From positions 2,466 through 66,465 of the forward strand of contig CALKWM010000038.1 of NCBI GenBank assembly GCA_938004065.1: DNA of 64,000 nt, read 5' to 3'. The stretch is from an uncultured bacterium. GTDB taxonomy: Bacteria > Patescibacteriota > JAHJAL01. Under the pieces are notes generated by a model. It ran no database searches and was not told where the DNA came from. It worked only from the letters and a program-made list of their open reading frames with translations. Positions 46,390 to 54,889 of this stretch are shown here, piece by piece; the first letter of the stretch is position 1; the number at the start of each line of letters is the position of its first letter. A program made the position numbers and the translations under genes.

Positions 46390-48591
46390 GTGAAATTAAA
46401 TAAAAATTATCCCACGTATTATTATCTCGATGTGGCAATGCAGTTTTTCCTGATTTTGGCATTGACGCTGGTACCAATTTACTTTACGACCATGATCCAC
46501 AACTCTTTTACAATCGAGAAACATGTTATTTTCCGCGTCTGTGTACTGCTCATGTTTGCAATCGGCGTGATCAAATATTCATATTTTAGTGCTCGAAAGT
46601 TACCCAAGGTTTTCTGGTTGATGCCTTTGTTTGGTTTGGTGGGAGTACTTTCGACAATTTTTTCGATCAATCCGGCGGTCAGTTTGTGGGGTATTCATCT
46701 GCGGATGGACGGATTGGTAAATATGTTGTTTCTGGTGATGTTTTTTGTGTTGGCATATCTGCAGTTGGATACCAAAACCAAGATAAAACAAGTGATATTG
46801 GCCATCGTGTTGGGTTCGATAATACCGGTTGTCTATGCCATCATGCAAAAAATTGGCGCCGATCCGCTGGAATGGAAAGGGGTAAATGCGGAGGAAAGGG
46901 TGTTTGGCACTACCGGTAACCCGGCTTATCTCGGCGCCTATTTGTTGTTTACCATTCCTCTAACTTGCTATCTGGGAATAAAATACAATTCTCTCAAAAA
47001 ATATTTTTTTTATGTACTTGGTTTGGCTTCAATCTATGTTTTGATCCTGACCTGGACGAGAGCGGCTTATCTGGCTTTGGGATTGGAAATATCAATTTTG
47101 GCTATGGCGTATTTTTGGATGAGCCATAAAAAACGGCTGTTTTATGTTTTTTCGGGACTGATATTGGCGGGAATACTATTTGTCGGGGCGTTAAATGTAA
47201 ATCCCGGCTTGGTAAACACTTTGGGGAACAATCGCTATCTGGAAAGATTGTCGCAACTTACGCAAACTACCGAGGGGACGGGAAAAGACAGGTTGGAAAT
47301 GTGGAAAATTTCGGTTAAAGCGATCGAAGAAAGACCGTTACTGGGTGCCGGTTTGAGTCAGTATATCCAGTATTTCAATAAATACTATCCAAATTACATG
47401 GACGCTCGCCCGGACAAAGACCGTTACAGCAATTATTCTCACAATCTCTGGCTAGATACGGGAGTGGCACATGGATTGGCCGGGATTTTGGTTCTGCTTT
47501 CCATTTATGCCTCTTTTATCTGGTTGGGTCTTAAAAAAATGCGCGCTCAGGAAACTCTGGAGGAAAAATTTTTGTATCTTTCGGTTATAGTAGCGATTTT
47601 GGGCTATCTCACTCAGGCAATGTTCAATATCGAAACAATTATTACCTGGGAATATAGTTTTGGACTGTTGGCAGTATTGCTGGCGATGGTAAATTTAAAC
47701 GAAGAGCAAGAACTGCATTCTAAATCCCCTACCGTCTGGAAACAAATTTTGACGACGGTGCTAGTGGTGGCGGGATTGGTTGGTGTTTATTTTCTCGCAA
47801 TCAATCCTTGGTCGGCGGATAAAAATTATTTCTATGTCAATAGTGCAAATCTGCCGATTGATCAAAAATTGGCACTGGCTCAGGAGGCGGAAATATTTAC
47901 CCCCTATTTTGAATATGCTCCAATCAGGATTGGTGATATCTATGCTTCGCAAATTGATTTAAGCAAAACCCAAGAAGCCACAGATTTATTTACTAATTCG
48001 GTTGAACAAGTGAACAAAGCCCTCGCTATTAACCCGCTTAATTACAAAAACTATATGTCGCTGGCGACCATCTACGGATCGTGGGCAAGGATAGACAATA
48101 CCAAATTGGTACAAGCCGAAGAGCATTTCAAAAAAGCTAAAACGATGAGTCCGAACCGACTGGATTTACATTGGACATGGGGCAATGTTTATCTGGATTT
48201 AAATATGGTGGACAAAGCCCATGAGCAATACGAAGAAGCCCGGAAATTGAATCCGGAAATTGGAGAAACATATTTCAATTTGGCAAAAGTGGCGATTTTG
48301 CAAGGCGAGCAACAACAGGCCGATGAATTTTTGCAAACAGCTTTGGATAAAGGATATGTTTATGAAGAGTTAAAATTTTACCAGGATATGGCACTGATGG
48401 TTTACAAGCAAAGTAATTTTTTACTGGCCGGTTCGTTGGCCGGGCGGGCCAATGAAATATCCGTGTCTGAAATGTCGGCCATGATCGAAATCCAAGCTAA
48501 TTTGGAATTGGATCAAAGCGATGTGGCCGGTTCCTTGTTGAATGAGTATAGCAAACTTGTCCCGGGGTTGGAGGAGAAGTTTCAACAATAA
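46390..48591 (+). CDS. O-antigen ligase/polymerase-like (Wzy_C) membrane protein fused to C-terminal TPR repeats
   Basis: ~12 TM N-terminal region containing LTWTRAAYLALGLE (Wzy_C-like). C-terminal ~250 aa with TPR-like helices (ATIYGSWARIDN..AEEHFKKAKTMSPN..). Confidence 0.65.
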   Translation: MKLNKNYPTYYYLDVAMQFFLILALTLVPIYFTTMIHNSFTIEKHVIFRVCVLLMFAIGVIKYSYFSARKLPKVFWLMPLFGLVGVLSTIFSINPAVSLWGIHLRMDGLVNMLFLVMFFVLAYLQLDTKTKIKQVILAIVLGSIIPVVYAIMQKIGADPLEWKGVNAEERVFGTTGNPAYLGAYLLFTIPLTCYLGIKYNSLKKYFFYVLGLASIYVLILTWTRAAYLALGLEISILAMAYFWMSHKKRLFYVFSGLILAGILFVGALNVNPGLVNTLGNNRYLERLSQLTQTTEGTGKDRLEMWKISVKAIEERPLLGAGLSQYIQYFNKYYPNYMDARPDKDRYSNYSHNLWLDTGVAHGLAGILVLLSIYASFIWLGLKKMRAQETLEEKFLYLSVIVAILGYLTQAMFNIETIITWEYSFGLLAVLLAMVNLNEEQELHSKSPTVWKQILTTVLVVAGLVGVYFLAINPWSADKNYFYVNSANLPIDQKLALAQEAEIFTPYFEYAPIRIGDIYASQIDLSKTQEATDLFTNSVEQVNKALAINPLNYKNYMSLATIYGSWARIDNTKLVQAEEHFKKAKTMSPNRLDLHWTWGNVYLDLNMVDKAHEQYEEARKLNPEIGETYFNLAKVAILQGEQQQADEFLQTALDKGYVYEELKFYQDMALMVYKQSNFLLAGSLAGRANEISVSEMSAMIEIQANLELDQSDVAGSLLNEYSKLVPGLEEKFQQ

Positions 48592-48863
48592 ATTTCCAAT
48601 TTTCAATTCTCAATTTCCAATGAAGCGCAGGAACGAAGAAAAAATCCCTGGAGAAATCCGGGGGTTTTGTTAATTTTAAGTTACAAAAAATGACCCGAAA
48701 GAGAATTGTTATATTGTGATATTGAAAAAAAATAAATGGTTAAATTGTTAAATGGTTGGGAAATTTATTGAAAACTGCTTGTACTAGAATAGGTAATTGA
48801 AAACTGAAAATTATTTATTTGCTATAGTGGAGATAGACTATAATTTTTTGAAGGAAGATAAAT

Positions 48864-51080
48864 ATGAAAAAGTTTTTTGGGTGGGTGGTGGTTTTTGTAC
48901 TTTTAGCGTCGTTATTCATAAATATTCAAGGTGTAAAAGCAGCGACGACTATATTGCATGAGTTTTCAGGAGGAGGGAGTGATGGAGCTAATCCACGCAC
49001 TGGTCTTACTCACTACGACGGTAAACTTTATGGAACAACGTTTAATGGAGGGGATTCAAATGAAGGAACAGTTTTTAGAGTTGATATAGATGGCTCAAAC
49101 TTCACTTTGTTGCATGAATTTGCGGGAGGAGGGAGTGATGGAGCAAAACCTTTTAGTGCTTTGCTAATAGAATCTGGCGTGATTTATGGAACAACCACCA
49201 AAGGAGGTGATAATAATATTGGAACAATATTCTCAATGAATACTAATGGAACAGGATTCACTTTATTGCATGAATTTGCAGGTGGTGCAAATGATGGCCA
49301 AAGTCCACTTGGCTCTTTAATTCTAGATACTGGTGTTCTTTATGGAACAACAGATCGAGGTGGAGACTACAATTATGGAACCATATATTCCATCCAAACA
49401 GATGGAAATAATTTTTCTTTGTTGCATGAGTTCGCGGGATCTCCAAACGAAGGAAGTTACCCTAAGGGCAATTTACTTTATAGTGAAGGAAAGCTATACG
49501 GAACTACAAACAGTGGAGGAAATGCGACAGGATATGGGTATGGATATGGCACAATATTCTCTATCGATACAGATGGAACTAATCACGTACTTTTACACGA
49601 ATTTGGTGGAGGAAATAATGATGGTGCTTATCCATACGGAGGATTAGTTATCGACTCAGGCACGCTTTATGGCTTAACTAATAGTGGAGGCGACAGTGGC
49701 TATGGAACTATTTTTTCGATAGATACCAATGGAACAAATTTTACTCTGTTGCATGAGTTTGCTGGGGGCAATGATGACGGTAATAGTCCTAAAGATTCAT
49801 TATTGTTAAGTAATGGAACATTGTTTGGAACAACATTTTATGGAGGTGAATTTGGAGCTGGTTTTGGCTATGGTACTATTTTCTCAATTGATACTAATGG
49901 TTTGAATTTTGGTTTACTACATGAGTTTGAATCAGGTACAGATGATGGTAGCTGGCCAGAAGGAAATCTAATTCTGGTTTCTAATAATTTTTACTCAACC
50001 ACAAATGCTGGTGGTGACAGCAATTTAGGTACAATTTTTAGTACAGATCTGCCTATATCTTCAGGTCCTACATCAATCAAAAACACGCTAAGCAGTTCCG
50101 CTCCCGGGGAATTGGTGAATATGACTATCGAATACACTCCAGCACTAACAACTGCTGTGACTGATGGATCGGTTAAATTAACCCTCGCTGAAGAATTTGA
50201 TTTTAACGGAATATCAAAAGACGACGTATCTGCCAGTGGTGGAGATGTTACTTGGGATCCTAATGAGATAATAACAGTCGATGGGACAATAATCACAAGA
50301 AATAATAGCTGGGTAGACAGAGTTTACGCGCAGGGAGAAGATAGTATTGTGTTTGGATTTACGGGAGATTTGGACAATACTGGCGGGACAATTACATTTA
50401 CCATCAATGGAGCGACCGCTCCGTTGAATCCCGGTTCAATTGGTTCATATGATTTCAATGTGGGAGTTTTTTCGACCAGCGACGGTACCGGTGCGGCTTT
50501 GGAAGTAAGAGATGGGAGAGTGGCGATTGCCAGTCAAGTAAATGTTACCGCCACCGTTCCATCTACCCTAACTCTAACAATTAATGGAGTGGCAAGTGGA
50601 AACGCGTGTAGTAATAGTGGTAGCAATGCATCAGTTACAACAACATCTTCTACTATTCCATTTGGAATATATACCGGAGCACAAACCAAGATAGCTTGTC
50701 AGACATTAACAGTAAGTACCAATGCTACCAATGGATATATCGTAACTGTCGAACAAGATCAAGATCTAACCAGTGCCGGATCAGATACAATGAAAGCTTT
50801 TTCCGGTACTTATGCCACTCCAACAACTTGGGCAACACCTCCGGGGAGTGGAACGGAATCATTTTTTGGATTTACGACTGATGATACCGGCTACTCCAGT
50901 TTTCAAACAGCTAAATACGCGGGATTTGCGGTGGATAATACTCCATATGCCATCATGACCGGACCGGAACCGGTGGTTGATGAAGAGAATGTAATTTCCT
51001 ATCAATTGGAAGTTACTAACTTGCAAGAAGCGGGTGTTTATAGTAATACTGTAATGTATATTGCGACGGCGATGTTTTAG
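48864..51080 (+). CDS. secreted repeat protein: signal peptide, 8 tandem ~45-aa beta-propeller-like repeats (LLHEFxGGxxDGxxPxxxL....LYGTTxxGG....GTIFSI) resembling choice-of-anchor GloVer-type repeats, plus ~330-aa C-terminal module shared with the 57651-62075 protein
   Basis: Signal peptide MKKFFGWVVVFVLLASLFINIQGVKA. LHEF occurs 8 times at regular spacing. C-terminal module ends ...VMYIATAMF. Confidence 0.7.
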   Translation: MKKFFGWVVVFVLLASLFINIQGVKAATTILHEFSGGGSDGANPRTGLTHYDGKLYGTTFNGGDSNEGTVFRVDIDGSNFTLLHEFAGGGSDGAKPFSALLIESGVIYGTTTKGGDNNIGTIFSMNTNGTGFTLLHEFAGGANDGQSPLGSLILDTGVLYGTTDRGGDYNYGTIYSIQTDGNNFSLLHEFAGSPNEGSYPKGNLLYSEGKLYGTTNSGGNATGYGYGYGTIFSIDTDGTNHVLLHEFGGGNNDGAYPYGGLVIDSGTLYGLTNSGGDSGYGTIFSIDTNGTNFTLLHEFAGGNDDGNSPKDSLLLSNGTLFGTTFYGGEFGAGFGYGTIFSIDTNGLNFGLLHEFESGTDDGSWPEGNLILVSNNFYSTTNAGGDSNLGTIFSTDLPISSGPTSIKNTLSSSAPGELVNMTIEYTPALTTAVTDGSVKLTLAEEFDFNGISKDDVSASGGDVTWDPNEIITVDGTIITRNNSWVDRVYAQGEDSIVFGFTGDLDNTGGTITFTINGATAPLNPGSIGSYDFNVGVFSTSDGTGAALEVRDGRVAIASQVNVTATVPSTLTLTINGVASGNACSNSGSNASVTTTSSTIPFGIYTGAQTKIACQTLTVSTNATNGYIVTVEQDQDLTSAGSDTMKAFSGTYATPTTWATPPGSGTESFFGFTTDDTGYSSFQTAKYAGFAVDNTPYAIMTGPEPVVDEENVISYQLEVTNLQEAGVYSNTVMYIATAMF

Positions 51081-51221
51081 GAAGAAAGTTTAACGAGAAA
51101 GTTTTAAGTGACAAGTACAAAGTATCAAGAGAAGCACAGGAACGAAGGATAACAAACTAGTACAAACATATCCAAACTTTCCAAACATTATTAGCTACAC
51201 TAAAAAAACAGACTTGAAAAC

Positions 51222-51623
51222 TTGAATAGATATTATTTAAGGTTTTTTGGTATGTTTAAAATGGTATGTTTGTCTAGAAAAATGTATATGAAAAAAATTT
51301 ATCACAAAAATTTATCAAAAGACAAGTGGTTTGAAATGACTTTGGCGGAACAGATGGCAAACATCGGTAGCGAGTATTTCAGAGCGAAAAACTGGAAACA
51401 AAAAGACAATAAAAAATATTTCGAACCGGCATTTGATCGAATGCTGGAGCTTTTAAACTTAAGTCTGTCTGATAAAAGATGGAAATCGAGTCAACTTAAA
51501 GAATTGGCCAGATTGAAAGAATTTGTTGTTCGTTATTTGTTTAATGAAGAAAGTTTTCGAAATGATAAAGATTTTGATAGTTATTTTATGCAATTTAGTT
51601 TACTTGCAAGATCTAATAGATAA
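51222..51623 (+). CDS. hypothetical protein
   Basis: 133-aa ORF followed by hairpin terminators at 51626-51700. Confidence 0.3.
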   Translation: MNRYYLRFFGMFKMVCLSRKMYMKKIYHKNLSKDKWFEMTLAEQMANIGSEYFRAKNWKQKDNKKYFEPAFDRMLELLNLSLSDKRWKSSQLKELARLKEFVVRYLFNEESFRNDKDFDSYFMQFSLLARSNR

Positions 51624-51657
51624 AAAATCCCAATCGAGAATGAAGGGATTTTTACAA

Positions 51658-51700
51658 ATGCGGTTATCCTAAGGGGGAGTTGGATAACCGCATTTTTTAT
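51658..51700. terminator. bidirectional rho-independent terminator (gcggttatcc..ggataaccgc + T-run)
   Basis: 10-bp perfect stem flanked by A/T runs between convergent genes. Confidence 0.65.
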
Positions 51701-51714
51701 ATTAGCATTTTTTT

Positions 51715-52071
51715 TCAAAAAGAGCAATCAGGAAGTAATTTTTTTATCGCAGATTTAATTTTTTCTGTCGAGAAAGGTTCGAGAAAGATAATTTCTCTTT
51801 TGAATCCATTGGAAGAAATTATGTTTCCGGTTTTATGATATCCTTCATCGACAAACAGAACAGGAATATTTTTAAAGTAAGCAGGATTTATGATATTACA
51901 ATAACTACTAGGAATTATGAGAAATGAATATCTTCCTTCTTCTTCAAAAATATCCTGATAATTTTCCGACAAATCGACACTAATTTTCAGACAATTACTG
52001 ATGTAATTGACTAAAAAATGCCGACTTTTATCGCTTAAACCAACCGCGAGAGCTTGGTGCGCCATGGACAT
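51715..52071 (-). CDS. degenerate receiver-like (REC) domain protein
   Basis: PVLFVDEG segment and size similar to CheY-like domains, but key residues unclear. Confidence 0.3.
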   Translation of the reverse strand: MSMAHQALAVGLSDKSRHFLVNYISNCLKISVDLSENYQDIFEEEGRYSFLIIPSSYCNIINPAYFKNIPVLFVDEGYHKTGNIISSNGFKREIIFLEPFSTEKIKSAIKKLLPDCSF

Positions 52072-52172
52072 TCCACCTTTCTTGTTTTTAAAGTTTTAAG
52101 GGCATGTGGTGATTGTAACGAATAAATACACACCCGGTCAAGAAAAAAATGCCCACCAATGTTTGGGGCATT

Positions 52173-52533
52173 TTAACAATTATTTTTAATTTTTTTTAAT
52201 ATTTGATCTATCGTAAAGGGTTTTTGAATTACTTCTACTTCTTTATTTATAATTGCAGAAGTAATGTATCCAGTTACGATAAATATTTTTTTTATCAAAC
52301 CGGTATCTATTTTTTTCAAAACAGATTCGCCACTGATCCCACTTAAACACAGATCGCAAAAAACTATGCAACCGGGATTGTCATTTATAATTTCGATAGC
52401 TTTTTGGCCATCAGAGCAAAATATGGCTTCTATATCGTCCCTGTCGACTTTCTCCATGATCATTTTATAGATGTCAATTATAACATCTTCGTCTTCGATG
52501 AAAATGACTTTTTTTATATTGTTACCAGACATT
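52173..52533 (-). CDS. single-domain response regulator (CheY-like receiver)
   Basis: Start MSGNNIKKVIFIEDEDV (SD ggaagg upstream). Acidic pocket and conserved T/K positions. Confidence 0.6.
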
Positions 52534-52996
52534 TCCCACTTCCTTCCAAAGATGAAATCTTTATGATCAAGTCGACCACAATTTTTTTGATTTTGTGACC
52601 AATCAAGTATCCTTTGTCCAGTGACACTATCCGATCGTAAAAAGCTCGTTGTTGAACAAAATCTGACATAATATTGGAACTCTCGGAACAATACAGTACC
52701 AGGACGGGTAGTTCTTGGCCCTTGGTTTGTGCAAAAATACTGTACAACAGTTGAGTTCCGGTTGGTTCCGTTCCCTTGGGCATTTCCTGATCGGATACCA
52801 CCAAACAAATACTATCCAGATTCTCCAGAATATATTTAATGGCTTTCTTGGGATCGCTGTATGTTTTTATCGTGATATTAACAAAACTTACTTCCGGAAT
52901 TGTCTGGAATAATTCTCTAATCGTTGCTTGAAAGAAACATTTGTTGATTCCGAGTAAATCAACATCGTCATCGATCAGAATTATCTGATTTTTCAT
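52514..52996 (-). CDS. single-domain response regulator (CheY-like receiver)
   Basis: MKNQIILIDDDVD...LVVSDQEMP... Confidence 0.6.
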   Translation of the reverse strand: MKNQIILIDDDVDLLGINKCFFQATIRELFQTIPEVSFVNITIKTYSDPKKAIKYILENLDSICLVVSDQEMPKGTEPTGTQLLYSIFAQTKGQELPVLVLYCSESSNIMSDFVQQRAFYDRIVSLDKGYLIGHKIKKIVVDLIIKISSLEGSGKCLVTI

Positions 52997-53093
52997 TTTT
53001 TAACCTCCCTAAAAATTTTAAAGTACAAAAAAAAATTAATTTAATGTTTAATATTAAATTAATATTTTCTTAAGCTAGAATTAATATACCGGT

Positions 53094-54692
53094 TTAGTTG
53101 AAAGTTATCAAGTTTTGACCGGTCATATCTGAACCTTTGGGTAAGCCCAACAGATAGAGCATGGTTGGAGCGATATCCCTAAGCTCGGTTGAGTAATCGG
53201 ATGGGATATTGGAATTGGGTATCAACCGGTTTTGTGAATCACAGACAATCAACGGCACCGGATTGCGGGTGTGCTCCGGATCGGGTCGGCCGGTTTCGAT
53301 ATCTACCATTTGCTCGGCATTGCCGTGATCGGCGGTAACGATTAGGATTCCGTTCATTTTTTTTACCATCTCCCAGACCTCTCCCAGACATTCATCACTG
53401 GCTTCGCATCCTTCAATCGTGGCCGAGAGATCGCCGGTGTGGCCGGTCATATCGGGATTGGCAAAGTTACAGATGTAGCTATCGTATTTGTTGTTTTTTA
53501 GAGAATTTAGCAGAGTTTTGGTCACTTTATCAATACTCATACGGGGAACGAGATCGTATGTTTTGTCTTCGATCGAGGGAATAAGCGCGCGATATTCGTT
53601 GGGAAAAGGATTTTCCCGACCGCCGTTGATAAAGAAGGTAACATGTGGGTATTTTTGTGATTCGGCGATATGAAATTGGCTGAGGCCATTGTTGGAAATT
53701 ACTTCCGCCAAACACTCTTCTTTGGCCTCAATTTTGAAGGCGATATTTGGTGGTAGATTGGGGGAATAATAGGCCATGGAACAGAAATATATCGCTGGCC
53801 ATTTTTGGCGTTTAAAACCGTTGAAATCAGCATTGCAGAGAGCTTTGGAAATCTGGCGAGTACGGTCGGCGCGAAAATTGGCGAAGATCATTACATCCTG
53901 ATCGTCGATAGTGGCAATGGGTTTTTGATCGGCATCGACAATGACAGAGGGGACGATGTATTCATCTGTAACGTCACGGGCGTAACTCATAGTAAAAACT
54001 TCTTCCGGATTTTGATAAAATTCGCCTCGGCCCAGCACCATGGCGTTGTAAGTGCGTTCGGTACGCTCATAACGTTTGTTACGGTCCATGGCAAAATAAC
54101 GGCCGGTGATAGTGGCAATCTCCCCCACTCCCAATTCTGTTAGTTTCTCCAGTAAACGGTGAACCTGCTCAAAACCTTCTCGTTGCGGAGCATCGCGTCC
54201 ATCGGAAAAACCGTGGATATAGACTTTGGATAGTCCTTGCTCTTTGGCTAATTTACATAAATTGTAAACATGATCGATGGAACCGTGAACTTGAGCGCCA
54301 ACTGAAAGCATACCCATGATATGCAGTTTGGAATTGCGTTGTTTGGCGGTTTGCATGGCTTTGATAAGTTCGGGGTTTTGAAAAAATGTACCGTCTTCGA
54401 TAGATTTGTTGATCAGATATAGGTGCTGATGAACAATTCGGCCGGCACCGATGGCAACATGGCCAACCTCGGAGTTTCCAGGCATCATGGTCGGCAACCC
54501 GACGGCACCTTCAGCGGCTTTGAGAGTAAAATGCGGATGGGTGGTCCATAGATGATCAAAATTGGGTGTGTCGCCCATGGTAATGGCGTTGCCACCCCAG
54601 GCGTGGGCATATCCCCAACCGTCGAGGATAAGCAAAACGACTGGCGGTTTGTCGGTTAATTTGGTTTTTTTGAAAAGGTCAAATAGTCCCAT
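53094..54692 (-). CDS. gpmI: 2,3-bisphosphoglycerate-independent phosphoglycerate mutase
   Basis: LLILDGWG, NSEVGHVAIGAGR and downstream metal-binding motifs of iPGM. 532 aa. Confidence 0.95.
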   Translation of the reverse strand: MGLFDLFKKTKLTDKPPVVLLILDGWGYAHAWGGNAITMGDTPNFDHLWTTHPHFTLKAAEGAVGLPTMMPGNSEVGHVAIGAGRIVHQHLYLINKSIEDGTFFQNPELIKAMQTAKQRNSKLHIMGMLSVGAQVHGSIDHVYNLCKLAKEQGLSKVYIHGFSDGRDAPQREGFEQVHRLLEKLTELGVGEIATITGRYFAMDRNKRYERTERTYNAMVLGRGEFYQNPEEVFTMSYARDVTDEYIVPSVIVDADQKPIATIDDQDVMIFANFRADRTRQISKALCNADFNGFKRQKWPAIYFCSMAYYSPNLPPNIAFKIEAKEECLAEVISNNGLSQFHIAESQKYPHVTFFINGGRENPFPNEYRALIPSIEDKTYDLVPRMSIDKVTKTLLNSLKNNKYDSYICNFANPDMTGHTGDLSATIEGCEASDECLGEVWEMVKKMNGILIVTADHGNAEQMVDIETGRPDPEHTRNPVPLIVCDSQNRLIPNSNIPSDYSTELRDIAPTMLYLLGLPKGSDMTGQNLITFN

Positions 54693-54889
54693 TGGTGGAA
54701 GAATAAGAAGTAAGAAATAAGAAGTAAGAAATAAGATTTGTATTTATTGGCTTATGTTTATTGTAGTGGAAAATTGGTAAATGGTTAAATTGTCAAAAAA
54801 GAACAAAATAAGAAATCAAAAAATACCGTGGTTGTAAGATGTCAGTTTATTATAGTATTGTAGTTTATTTGATTAACTTAACTAACAAA

